From positions 16,499 through 80,498 of IMG/VR virus record IMGVR_UViG_3300046170_000464: a DNA stretch of 64,000 bases; one strand, 5' to 3'. Positions 37,882-46,964 of the stretch are shown one piece after another. This DNA comes from a virus. The position numbers were made by a program, and so were the translations under genes. The notes below the pieces were generated by a model. The model did no database searches and was not told the DNA's origin. It saw nothing but the letters and a program-made list of their open reading frames with translations. Every line of letters begins with the position of its first letter. Within the stretch, counting starts at the first letter, position 1.

Positions 37882-38685
37882 GTGACTACTGATAAGCACC
37901 CTCTTCTGAGTCAATCTCTTTATGCCAAGCATGATACTTGGTTGACTACTTCTGCTCAAGATCCTGATGAGCTAGATCCGACTGAAAAGCTTTTTGTTCA
38001 GCGAGGTAGTGCTTGGGAGTGGGTTCAGATAGTTATTTCAGCTGGTACTCCTTTCAAAGAGGTGCGGCTCAAAGCGCAGCCCGAAACCTCCTGGTATTTC
38101 TATCAACCGCATTGGAAAATAATAAATGATCTAGACAAAGAATTTTTATACAAACCTAAGAAACATGTACAACTAAATACTCCCTATATAAAACAGTTAG
38201 GCCCTAATGACACAAACTGTTTTAGTGCATCTTGTGCCATGTTGTTAATGTCTCTCAAAGACATCGGCCCAGAAGAAGCTAAAGATTATATGGACGCGGT
38301 TTGTGAAAACGGAGAAAGTTCTGAAGCTTGGGTGCAGGTCAAAACGTTAGAACAATACGGTTTGCACGCAGAGTTTCGACAAGACGGGGACTGGAATGCC
38401 ATAGAACAGCTTTTAAGAGATGAAATTCCAGTTCCTTTAGGTATTTTGCATGCAGGACCTGTTGACAACCCAGGCGGAACTGGTCATTGGGTTTGCGCTG
38501 TGGGCATAACTGAAGACCAGAAAAACATAATCGTACATAACTCTTTAGGTGACTTGGATCTAGATGAGGGTGTTTATGAGTCTGATCATGGAGCGCATGT
38601 TAAATATGAGAAAACAAAGTTAGCTCCTCGCTGGATGGTGGAGAAGGGCTACAGTTCTGGGTGGTACATCAAAGCAAAACCATGA
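37882..38685 (+). CDS. Peptidase C39-like cysteine protease (candidate endolysin)
   Basis: Y..Q....CFSASCAM, GHW, VHNS.G papain-like catalytic motifs. Confidence 0.8.
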   Translation: MTTDKHPLLSQSLYAKHDTWLTTSAQDPDELDPTEKLFVQRGSAWEWVQIVISAGTPFKEVRLKAQPETSWYFYQPHWKIINDLDKEFLYKPKKHVQLNTPYIKQLGPNDTNCFSASCAMLLMSLKDIGPEEAKDYMDAVCENGESSEAWVQVKTLEQYGLHAEFRQDGDWNAIEQLLRDEIPVPLGILHAGPVDNPGGTGHWVCAVGITEDQKNIIVHNSLGDLDLDEGVYESDHGAHVKYEKTKLAPRWMVEKGYSSGWYIKAKP

Positions 38686-38894
38686 CTTCGTATAACCAGA
38701 TCTTTGAGACCTGGAGCAACGAGCAAGAAAATCGAAAAGCTCTGTTTATGGACTTTTTGTATCAGCGTTCTGGTCGGTCCAACAGCTTATATACCGGTTT
38801 GTGGGACGAGTGGTGCAGAGAGTCAGGTGAATCTGCTAGGGAAGATCATTTCACTGCTGTTCATACAGGTGATTGTAAAATTAAAACAACCTAA
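38682..38894 (+). CDS. Conserved cyanophage hypothetical protein
   Basis: FMDFLY..SGR.N.LYTGLW. Confidence 0.65.
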   Translation: MTSYNQIFETWSNEQENRKALFMDFLYQRSGRSNSLYTGLWDEWCRESGESAREDHFTAVHTGDCKIKTT

Positions 38895-38905
38895 GATTAT
38901 TTAAT

Positions 38906-39142
38906 ATGGCGCAGCGCGATTATGAAAAAGAATATCGTGATTACCACGGTTCAAAACGTCAAAAGAAACGTCGTGCTGCGCGTAACAAGGCTCGTCGACA
39001 TATGGAAAAGAGTGGAAGAGTATCTAAGGGAGACGGAAGAGAAGTCGATCACAAAGATTTCAACCCGGAAAATAACAACTCTTCGAATATTCGGGTAGTT
39101 AAAGAGAAAACTAATCGCGAGAAACAGCCCAAACGAAGCTAA
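38906..39142 (+). CDS. Small basic HNH-like protein
   Basis: RDY.KEY..YH....KRRA.RN.ARR....GDG.EVDH......N..SN.RV...NR. Confidence 0.75.
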   Translation: MAQRDYEKEYRDYHGSKRQKKRRAARNKARRHMEKSGRVSKGDGREVDHKDFNPENNNSSNIRVVKEKTNREKQPKRS

Positions 39143-39151
39143 ACTAAACCT

Positions 39152-39673
39152 ATGGAAAAACAAAACTTCCTTCAGCGACCTGGTGGACTAGGTCCGACCG
39201 GTGCCTTGAAACCTCTTGGTATGTCTGCGGCTCAGCCTGCTTCATACATGAACGACGCAATCAGTATGACGTCGCGTCGTCAAGCGTATACCGACGATGT
39301 AAATAGGGTATTTGCCCAGTACAACATCGATCACGGAACTTACATGAGGGCTCCTGTTAACCCTCTTCCCTACGCTGATGGGAACATTACTAAGTCTGCT
39401 GAGGTGACCGGGCCTGCTGGTTACAACCATCAAGAGATGCCTTTACCTGAGCGTCCGATGGATATGTCTGCGGGACAGTATGTTCACGAGACGGTTAATC
39501 AGGCTGACCCAGCTATGCGAGCCAATGTACAGGCTTTGACTTTGCTTCCTCAGCAAAACTTCCTAAATAATCGTGACTTACAACCACTGACTATGCAAAA
39601 CGATTATCGCCGTCGCGATGATCTCTTGCTTCAAGAACAAGTTTTAGGAGGATCTACTAGTGCACCGAAGTGA
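39152..39673 (+). CDS. Hypothetical protein
   Basis: 173 aa, Q/P/M-rich. Confidence 0.65.
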   Translation: MEKQNFLQRPGGLGPTGALKPLGMSAAQPASYMNDAISMTSRRQAYTDDVNRVFAQYNIDHGTYMRAPVNPLPYADGNITKSAEVTGPAGYNHQEMPLPERPMDMSAGQYVHETVNQADPAMRANVQALTLLPQQNFLNNRDLQPLTMQNDYRRRDDLLLQEQVLGGSTSAPK

Positions 39674-39803
39674 CCGGACAAGACCTACCCGTATGGCGGG
39701 TATGGCATTAGGTATGGGTCCAGCTGATATGGTGCGTGCAGTAAGTAATCCGTCTGAGATTACTGCACGTCTCCGTTACCAAGAGACTTTTCCGAGAAGC
39801 TGA
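39660..39803 (+). CDS. Small hypothetical protein
   Basis: (V)HRSDRTRPTRMAGMALGMGPADMVRAVSNPSEITARLRYQETFPRS; not in ORF track. Confidence 0.4.
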   Translation: MHRSDRTRPTRMAGMALGMGPADMVRAVSNPSEITARLRYQETFPRS

Positions 39804-39832
39804 CCTATTGTTACCCGAGATAATCCTTGGGT

Positions 39833-40552
39833 ATGCACACGGTAAAGCTTGACTGGATAACCCCTGATGCAGAAAGGGTTATCGCTCGTCATGCGCGTGT
39901 CTCGACGGCAGATCCAGATAGAGAAGAATATGCTCGACTTCTGTCTTATTGCATCAAGCATGGGCATTGGTCGATTCTTGAGCAGGCGAATATAAGTTTT
40001 GAGATTATTACTTCTAGGGCAATTAGCGCACAGCTCATTCGCCACAAAAGCCTGTGTTTTCAAGAGCTTTCTCAGCGTTACTCGAACCCGTTTACCGTGA
40101 TGTCCGACGACATTCACGATCACCCAAAAGAGTTTCATATTAGAAAACAGGCGGAGAAAAACCGGCAATCCAGTGTGGAGGAGGTAGATCTCGATCTAAT
40201 GACTAATTTTCGAGAACGAATTCATCGAGTCGATGCAGAGTTGCGTTCTCTCTATGAAGACATGCTTGATTCCGGCGTGGCTCGTGAGTGCGCAAGAAAT
40301 ATTTTGCCTTTGTACACTCCCACCAGACTTCATGCAAATGGAACAGTTCGCTCTTGGGTGCATTACGTAGGTCTACGTGCCAAGGAAGATACTCAACTTG
40401 AGCATCGTTTGATTGCTCGTCAGGTTGCTCTAATCTTCGGAACCCAGCTACCGGTCGTCACGAAAGCTTTGGTAGCTACCGAGGATCAATCACTAGACGG
40501 TTGGAGATTTATGTCAGGCTGGTCTTCTGAACTCTCTTCTTCTTCCCAGTAA
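39833..40552 (+). CDS. thyX: FAD-dependent thymidylate synthase
   Basis: ARVS, GHWS.LE, SRAIS.QL.RHK.....SQRY, GVARE.AR.ILP, TQ.EH. Confidence 0.95.
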   Translation: MHTVKLDWITPDAERVIARHARVSTADPDREEYARLLSYCIKHGHWSILEQANISFEIITSRAISAQLIRHKSLCFQELSQRYSNPFTVMSDDIHDHPKEFHIRKQAEKNRQSSVEEVDLDLMTNFRERIHRVDAELRSLYEDMLDSGVARECARNILPLYTPTRLHANGTVRSWVHYVGLRAKEDTQLEHRLIARQVALIFGTQLPVVTKALVATEDQSLDGWRFMSGWSSELSSSSQ

Positions 40553-40668
40553 CCAATAAAAGTTTCTTCTTCGATGAAACCCTTAAGGTTGGCGAGAGCT
40601 TGATCCAGTAGCTCTTGATCTTCTTCGCTAAGTTTTTCAGCTTTGTCGTCGAGTTCTTTTTCAGACAT
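40486..40668 (-). CDS. Small acidic protein
   Basis: MSEKELDDKAEKLSEEDQE...; ATG overlaps the upstream stop. Confidence 0.55.
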   Translation of the reverse strand: MSEKELDDKAEKLSEEDQELLDQALANLKGFIEEETFIGYWEEEESSEDQPDINLQPSSD

Positions 40669-40849
40669 CTTCTCGGTTGCGTAGAAAAGCTCGTCGGGCT
40701 TCCTCACGAACTTTATCAAGTAAGTGAGGAAATTTCTCTTCAGCTAAATGCGCACTTGACACGTAAGTAGCTACCTCAATTCCGTCTTCTTTTACGGAAA
40801 CTCTGTACATAGAGTCCTTTGTGACTACTTCTATGTTTTTCTCAATCAC
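40661..40849 (-). CDS. Conserved cyanophage hypothetical protein
   Basis: V.V.EDGI....YVSS.HL.E.K. Confidence 0.65.
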   Translation of the reverse strand: MIEKNIEVVTKDSMYRVSVKEDGIEVATYVSSAHLAEEKFPHLLDKVREEARRAFLRNREDV

Positions 40850-41405
40850 TTGGTTCTTTCCAGGGATTTTCCATTGGAGGGTTAGCAGCTTGGCGAACAG
40901 CTGCAGCCTGGGCTAGCTGAGCAGTCCTGAGTGCTTGTCGATGTTGCTCAAGTTGCTGGTTAAGTGACGCAGTTTGTTGAGAAGCCCAGTTCTGCGCGTT
41001 GGCTGAAAGTTCGTCCAGTGCGTTTGCACTGTGGGGGAAATTAAATACAGCACCTACTCCCTCATTGTTATTAATTTTAGTTGCCCCCGTGGTTTCGGCG
41101 AGCGCAGATAAAAATCCGTAAGCTTGATCCACACCGACGTTGGCTACGAAAGAGAGTTCGACAGGGTCTACTAAACCGCGACTGCGTTCGTAAAGCGCAC
41201 TGAACGCACCACTAACTCGGTGAGCAGTGTCAGAACCTTCACGCTCTTGTCTGACTTTTTTATCAGAAATTGAGATACCGGCAAGAGTACCTCCGATAAA
41301 CGCCAAAGGTGCTCCTACAAATTCGGGACTGGTGATTGCTGTTGTGACTGCAGCAACGCCTCCGATGAAGATGGTCAGTGGAAAGGATTTAAGTTGCAGC
41401 ATCAT
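40842..41405 (-). CDS. Membrane-anchored hypothetical protein
   Basis: Two N-terminal TM segments; start probably near 41405. Confidence 0.6.
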   Translation of the reverse strand: MMLQLKSFPLTIFIGGVAAVTTAITSPEFVGAPLAFIGGTLAGISISDKKVRQEREGSDTAHRVSGAFSALYERSRGLVDPVELSFVANVGVDQAYGFLSALAETTGATKINNNEGVGAVFNFPHSANALDELSANAQNWASQQTASLNQQLEQHRQALRTAQLAQAAAVRQAANPPMENPWKEPSD

Positions 41406-44145
41406 GTTTTTGGAAATTAGACTCCCATTTGGAAAAGTCCGGTAGTTGGGCGAACTCAACAGGATTTGGTAAGCGAGTGTCACCATGGGAGGCGCGATCC
41501 GATGTTAGATCAAAAGGCTTGAGGCGTATACCTTTGATTGCAGGTAACCCTGTTTTAGTTACTGTCCTGCAACCAGGGAGCTTAAGTATGTTGGACAATG
41601 TTTCCATTGTGCGTTCAACAAACCGTGGCTTAGCTGATGGCTTGTAGCCACATGCTTTACAGAAGTTAGCGTAACTTGCGTAGAGTTCGCTATATGCATT
41701 TTTTACAAACATGCCTTTCTCTGACTCGTCTGTACTTGGTCTGGCGGCTCCTCGGCCAACCACTGTCGAACTATTTGGCGCGTAGAGACAGCACTCAGCC
41801 ATCCAAGCTACATACTGATTATTGAATACCAAAGCGTCGATGTTGGTTTGCGCTAGTGATGGAGCATGCTTTACAGGGTTGGCTAGAACGTCACGCATGT
41901 CGTCAAAAGACATGGATAGTGCCCAGCTGACAATGCCAGGCAGTTCTTCTACAAAGTCACCTTCGAGGCGGTCTCCGTAAACACTCAAAAGTTCACGACG
42001 TTGACTAGGAGGGACGACTTGATCCATGACGATTGTCAACCGTCTACGTTCGAGACCACTCGTAGAATCATTCGAGCTGATGTGCTCGTTACTTGCGATA
42101 CAAACAAGACACTCAGGTTTAAAGCTGATAATTTCTTTTCCATATTTTCGTTCAGCTCTCAGCGTGTCAGACGCAGAAGTCAGTTTTTTAAGCACGTCCA
42201 TGCGCTTGTTGTAATTTGATTCATCAGTCAAAAGCAACAAACGTTTACCTATAAGGTTGTATGTCTCGAATTTATTAGCTTCAATAAGTTCCAAACTTGA
42301 TGTGTGGGTACTGTTAAAACCAGCAAGAGCAATCATCAACTGTTGCATGGTGGATTTACCTGTGCCACCAGGTCCAACCAAGTGCAAAAATCTTTCACCA
42401 GAGGTGTACCCAGTGAGGAGCGCTCTTGAATAAGCCTGAATTAAAGTCGCTTGTCCTTTTCGGAGTGAGCTATCTAACCAGGCTAAAAATTTAGGACATT
42501 TTTTTTCTTTATCCCAGTTGTAAAGAAGACGACTACGGAAATAAAGTTCTTTGTTTTGTCCAGGATGGAATTCAAATGTGGTGCTGTCCAAGGCACCATT
42601 CTGAAAAGGTATATAACCTCTTCCCATACTGAAAATGCTGACCCTTCCTCCATTCAAAGACTTCAGCATCTTTGCTTGAAGCATGGAGTAAACACTGTTA
42701 ACAGTAGACGACTGATATTTTGGAAGAACACCAGCAGTGACGAAGGTATCTAGGGCGTTTACAATTCTCTTTTTGACGTGCATTTCATCTTGTACGTACC
42801 ATATGCCTAGGTCGTTATCATACGTATAAAAATTATCGTGCGTACTATCGTATAAGTAGTTATCTCCTTGATTTGTTGCAATGATCTCTGCAACGTCGTT
42901 TTCTGCGAAGGCTCTGTTTTGTTGCTGTACGTTCTGAAGATTTACCAGCTGAGCCGGTGTTTGTGGGACAGACATGTTTTCTTCCGGTGTTTTTGTTGAT
43001 GTTGTTGTGTTGGGCTTTTCGTTTATCGAAAAGTCGTCAAAGGTAAGAATTGAGTTGACAGCCTTGGGCTTGACTTGCTTAATGGCTTCCTTAATCTCGT
43101 CTGTCGCGACACTGTCGTAAACATCTTTATTGACTGATCGAAGACGTTTCCAAGCTGCGATCTCGTCGTGCTCTGACGCCATAACGATTGCTGGCCTGAT
43201 TGACTCGACGTCGCGAATGCTTTCAACTATTCGAGTAAACTTCCCATCTACCTCCGCAGGGTACGCATATACAGCATAGAACGCACGATGTGCGTATGTC
43301 AAGGGTGACACCTGAGTAGGTATCCCCTGGTCTCTAAGCCAATTTGTCCATCCAATGATTTCCTTGACTGCTCTGGTTACAGCAAGGCTTCTGTCGTCTA
43401 CAGGCTTCCCTTCCAGAATGTCCACCACAGATCTGGAGAGGAGACGCTGAAAGTCAACACCCTCATCGTCAACAGCGATATTCTCAAGCGCTTCCGTGAC
43501 GTCGAATCTATTTCCTTTTTCTTCCTTAGGTAATGAATGATAAATTTTTAGAGCTTCATCAATTTTTTCAGTCGGAATAAACTTTTCGGAAACTTCGAGT
43601 ATGCCGCCTTGTGACCAAGCCCCATAGAAAAGGTTTGGAACCTGCGTGGCTCTAATGTCGGACCCAGGTATATCTTTTGCAATTGCACGTGTAAACCATT
43701 GATAAAACTCTCCGTCAATAATCGGTTTTTCTAGACCAAAGACCAGTCGAAACCTAGGCCACGACTCAGATGTAGAGGGAGAGTCGTAAGCTAATGAGAG
43801 ATATTTTTTACAAATATCTAGCTCTTTTGCTTCTTCCCAAGTCAGTTCTTGCTTTTGTATTTTGTTTCCATTTTGGTCTTTTCCATCAGCTTGATTATCT
43901 ATATCAATAATGATCAGACCGGCTTGAATAAGTCCAGTACCGTCTTTTATTCTTTTACCTTCGACTAAATGCCAGGCACATAAACCTTTACTTTGACCAA
44001 CTTCGTGTGAAATTTCTTCAGAAGTATATGTACAAGGACGCCAGTTATTATTAAAAGTACGAAAGTCACCACCTTGCTCAATCTTGCCCGTAACAGCATC
44101 GAGCGCACTGACTACTTTGCTGTTTACTGAGCAAATGAAATGCAT
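41389..44145 (-). CDS. Primase-helicase (prim-pol-like N-terminus plus D5/P4-type SF3 helicase)
   Basis: IIDIDN, SPS....PRFRLVF; PFQNG.LD; Walker A GPGGTGKST; LLTDE; IASN; RRR. Confidence 0.9.
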   Translation of the reverse strand: MHFICSVNSKVVSALDAVTGKIEQGGDFRTFNNNWRPCTYTSEEISHEVGQSKGLCAWHLVEGKRIKDGTGLIQAGLIIIDIDNQADGKDQNGNKIQKQELTWEEAKELDICKKYLSLAYDSPSTSESWPRFRLVFGLEKPIIDGEFYQWFTRAIAKDIPGSDIRATQVPNLFYGAWSQGGILEVSEKFIPTEKIDEALKIYHSLPKEEKGNRFDVTEALENIAVDDEGVDFQRLLSRSVVDILEGKPVDDRSLAVTRAVKEIIGWTNWLRDQGIPTQVSPLTYAHRAFYAVYAYPAEVDGKFTRIVESIRDVESIRPAIVMASEHDEIAAWKRLRSVNKDVYDSVATDEIKEAIKQVKPKAVNSILTFDDFSINEKPNTTTSTKTPEENMSVPQTPAQLVNLQNVQQQNRAFAENDVAEIIATNQGDNYLYDSTHDNFYTYDNDLGIWYVQDEMHVKKRIVNALDTFVTAGVLPKYQSSTVNSVYSMLQAKMLKSLNGGRVSIFSMGRGYIPFQNGALDSTTFEFHPGQNKELYFRSRLLYNWDKEKKCPKFLAWLDSSLRKGQATLIQAYSRALLTGYTSGERFLHLVGPGGTGKSTMQQLMIALAGFNSTHTSSLELIEANKFETYNLIGKRLLLLTDESNYNKRMDVLKKLTSASDTLRAERKYGKEIISFKPECLVCIASNEHISSNDSTSGLERRRLTIVMDQVVPPSQRRELLSVYGDRLEGDFVEELPGIVSWALSMSFDDMRDVLANPVKHAPSLAQTNIDALVFNNQYVAWMAECCLYAPNSSTVVGRGAARPSTDESEKGMFVKNAYSELYASYANFCKACGYKPSAKPRFVERTMETLSNILKLPGCRTVTKTGLPAIKGIRLKPFDLTSDRASHGDTRLPNPVEFAQLPDFSKWESNFQKHDAAT

Positions 44146-44210
44146 GAGAAGTTCTGTAGTTCCGTCATTCTGCCCTAAATCCGGAGTTTCGCCACCTTGG
44201 TAGCAAAGAT

Positions 44211-45000
44211 TTAAGACTGTGTAGCCTTCGGGCGGACCTCAGTAAAAAATTTATTTACTAGTTCCAACCACGCAGCTTCATCTTTTTCAACCTCTGTTTC
44301 ACCGAAAGTGAATACTTGAGTTTGATACTCGTCGAAAGGAGTAGAAACGATGATCTGCGTTTTACTAATCTTAATTCCTAAGCACGACTCAGCCGCAAGT
44401 TTGTAAGCAGCTAGTTGAAGCCTCGTCTTTTTAACCTTAAAAACTCCCTGAGATCATTGCTTTTTTAGTTTTTTCATCCAAGTTATGTTTCTTAGTGGGG
44501 AATCGAGCGCTGTATGGACCAGCACTAGTTTTAAAATCTGCAAGAATTATTTCGGCGTTGTGGTCCATATAGATCAAATCACAGCAACCTGCGTACCCAT
44601 GACCTGAGTTTTCGTCGTAGTAAAAGATTCTTCCTACACCGTCATCCCCTACATACTTTGACCACTTGGGTTGATTAAAGGGTCTTTCAGACCAGAGCAC
44701 TCGACCACCGTCGAGAAGTTCATCGATCCTTTCAGGCACTCCTACCCAGTAAGGAGCGTAGTTTTTGGGAGGTACAACCCTTAGACCTCGTATGTAATTT
44801 TCACTAGCTTCGTGTATCCAAGTTCCTCTCGCAGCAGCTGCGTCTGCTACTCCTGGATTCATCACGTTCCAGTGAGCTAGTTTCTGCTGAGTTTTAGCGG
44901 TCGCAGTGCTACTAAGAATCGAAGTGACAGATGGCAGGTACTCAGGTACACCAGGGCACTGATAATGCCTTAAGCCATTGATAGTTTTCCTAGTATCCAA
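44211..45000 (-). CDS. PD-(D/E)XK exonuclease (Cas4/MGME1-like); +1 frameshift at about 44447
   Basis: PSVTSIL, RGT.IH, SE, YAG..DL, DFKTS; corrected frame supplies QLAAY and ends at 44211. Confidence 0.85.
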
Positions 45001-45021
45001 AACTTTTACCTTTGAGTAATT

Positions 45022-45333
45022 TTAAAACGGTTCTAAATCGGCGTCTGAATTTGAAGGGCTTTCAGGCTCATCGTCTATAAAAAATTCGCTCTTCTGATAT
45101 TCAAAATCACGATTCCGCTGATCTAACTCGCTCAATAGGCAGCGTCCCGCTGAGAACGAATCAGCGATTAGTTCAGCAATCTCGTCAGCTTCCCTTCCTT
45201 GCCCTGTGTGGTCGACACACTCTTGCAAAAGTTGGTTGCTCACTAAGATTGAGGTGATTGTGTCCAGCTTCTTGTTGGTTTCTTGCTGGGTTTCAATCCA
45301 TTGAGATAGTAAGAGTTGAAGTCGTCCTTTCAC
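45022..45333 (-). CDS. Hypothetical protein with acidic C-terminus
   Basis: 103 aa ORF in the replication operon. Confidence 0.6.
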   Translation of the reverse strand: MKGRLQLLLSQWIETQQETNKKLDTITSILVSNQLLQECVDHTGQGREADEIAELIADSFSAGRCLLSELDQRNRDFEYQKSEFFIDDEPESPSNSDADLEPF

Positions 45334-45335
45334 TT

Positions 45336-45860
45336 TTATGAAAATGACTTTGGTCGCTGCCAGCTTACATCGAAATCAATTTTTGTCTCTTTATTTCTCG
45401 GTTTAGCTTTATTAAACACATACCACGCAGATGTTACTGAGTCTTTTGTATTTCTCTGATCCGCACGGAATACCGGACGAGGGTTTAAAACAATAATATT
45501 GGATAAAGGTTTTGACTTTAAGAAATCAGCTCGACCTCTCGTAGGTTCTAAAAAGGTCAGACGATCGAGAATTATTAGTCCTTTTTTAGCTAGCTCAAAG
45601 CCCGGTTCGATAATCCAGTCGAGTTCCTGCTTTCCTTGTGTTATCGCTACTGTCCAGTCAAAAGCTGGCAAGCTCTTCCACCACTGCAATTCAAGGTAAG
45701 AAATATCATCAGGCGCACTGATGCAGTCTGTGTAACCCCATGAAATCAGTTGAGTCTTAAGTTCTCCTGCATTATCGCTTGGTAGGACTACTCGACCAGG
45801 GCATAGCTTTCTTTCTGCAATAGGATTGAAAATATTGTTTGGGACTTGGTAGAACGACAT
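45336..45860 (-). CDS. DNA methyltransferase-like protein lacking NPPF
   Basis: FDW.....; RLTFLEP...R..FL...PLS..IV...RP.F.....KDSVTSAWYVF. Confidence 0.65.
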   Translation of the reverse strand: MSFYQVPNNIFNPIAERKLCPGRVVLPSDNAGELKTQLISWGYTDCISAPDDISYLELQWWKSLPAFDWTVAITQGKQELDWIIEPGFELAKKGLIILDRLTFLEPTRGRADFLKSKPLSNIIVLNPRPVFRADQRNTKDSVTSAWYVFNKAKPRNKETKIDFDVSWQRPKSFS

Positions 45861-46104
45861 GGAGTCAGAATCAGAAAAGCTTGTAGGACGTTTGAGGGAT
45901 TACATGACGATGGAGCAAGAGTTCTACCATCTTCATTTCATGAGTCGAGCTAAAGAAGTAGACAGCGTTCCTGAGTTAATTGAGATCTTAGATCTTTTAC
46001 ACGCAAACTACCTTGTACAAAAACGTTTATTCTCACAACTTTGTTTATCTGTAGCAGAGTCTGGAGCTGAGCTCCCTCCACTGAAGTCCCTACTGAAGCC
46101 ATGA
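45859..46104 (+). CDS. nblA: NblA-like protein (copy 2)
   Basis: MTMEQEF....R.....EL.E.L..L..NYL.QK.LF.QL. Confidence 0.55.
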   Translation: MESESEKLVGRLRDYMTMEQEFYHLHFMSRAKEVDSVPELIEILDLLHANYLVQKRLFSQLCLSVAESGAELPPLKSLLKP

Positions 46105-46126
46105 AAAAAGGTCGCCGAAGCGACCC
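46104..46126 (-). terminator. Rho-independent terminator
   Basis: - strand GGTCGC-TTCG-GCGACC then TTTTTT. Confidence 0.85.
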
Positions 46127-46154
46127 TTGTTGAATAAACCTGAATGGATTTGAC

Positions 46155-46961
46155 TTAGACAGATAAGCCAGCAGCTTCAAGAGCTTCCTTTTGTTCCTTT
46201 GTCAGTTCTTTAGTTTCTGACTTAGGTTCCGGAGGTGCACCTTTAGGGTTGCCAGCACCAGCAGGCAGAGACGCCAACCCTTCTGACTTAGGCGCTTCAA
46301 TTTGTGGATGAGCTTCATTGAATGCTTCCTTAATTTCAGTGTGGTCTTTTCCGAGAGGTAGCTCGACCAGATTCGCACCGGAGATATGAGCACGAAGTGC
46401 AGAAGATACCAGCTCTCCTCCATCGCCATTGAGCCACTCATCAATATCTTTGACGAGAGATTTTTCTTCGTCGTTACCAACCGGTCGATCTGCGAATTCC
46501 AGAACGTTGTAATTAACTTTACCAGTGTCTGCACCCGTCACCGGATCAGTCTGAGTAAAGCTTTTCTGGACAAACTTAGTCTTTGTAATAACTTCCGCAA
46601 CGTTGATGCGGTTGTTATAAAGAGTCTGAAAGTAAGAAATAAAATTCTTCTGACTGCTTTTGCCAGAAATAATAGCGGTAGCGACGCAACGAGAAGGAAG
46701 TAAACGATGCGTAGGGTCCACACCCACGAAAGCGATACGGATGAATTCTTGATGACTCCGCATTCCAAGGTTCCCATAGAAGGGACTAAAGCCGAGCAGT
46801 ACAAATGAGATAGGGATCCCGTTGTCATTCGAGTCGGTAATTGCTTGATCCGGATCTGTGTCCGATTTCCAACGGCGCTGTTGGAGATCAATGCGAAGAG
46901 TGTGCGGTGGTACTTGGCAGAGAATTTCATCTGCTGCAAATTTGCCTGCAATGTAAGTCAT
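46155..46961 (-). CDS. Hypothetical replication/recombination-module protein
   Basis: 268 aa, follows SSB, ends at terminator. Confidence 0.7.
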   Translation of the reverse strand: MTYIAGKFAADEILCQVPPHTLRIDLQQRRWKSDTDPDQAITDSNDNGIPISFVLLGFSPFYGNLGMRSHQEFIRIAFVGVDPTHRLLPSRCVATAIISGKSSQKNFISYFQTLYNNRINVAEVITKTKFVQKSFTQTDPVTGADTGKVNYNVLEFADRPVGNDEEKSLVKDIDEWLNGDGGELVSSALRAHISGANLVELPLGKDHTEIKEAFNEAHPQIEAPKSEGLASLPAGAGNPKGAPPEPKSETKELTKEQKEALEAAGLSV

Positions 46962-46964
46962 AGA

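Noticed and set aside
40035-40080. ThyX motif variant RHK instead of RHR as an inactive enzyme
   Set aside because: Conservative change; the RHxX7S serine and the other motifs are intact.
44211-45000. Cas4 as part of a CRISPR system
   Set aside because: No four-Cys cluster and no cas context; it is a typical phage replication exonuclease.
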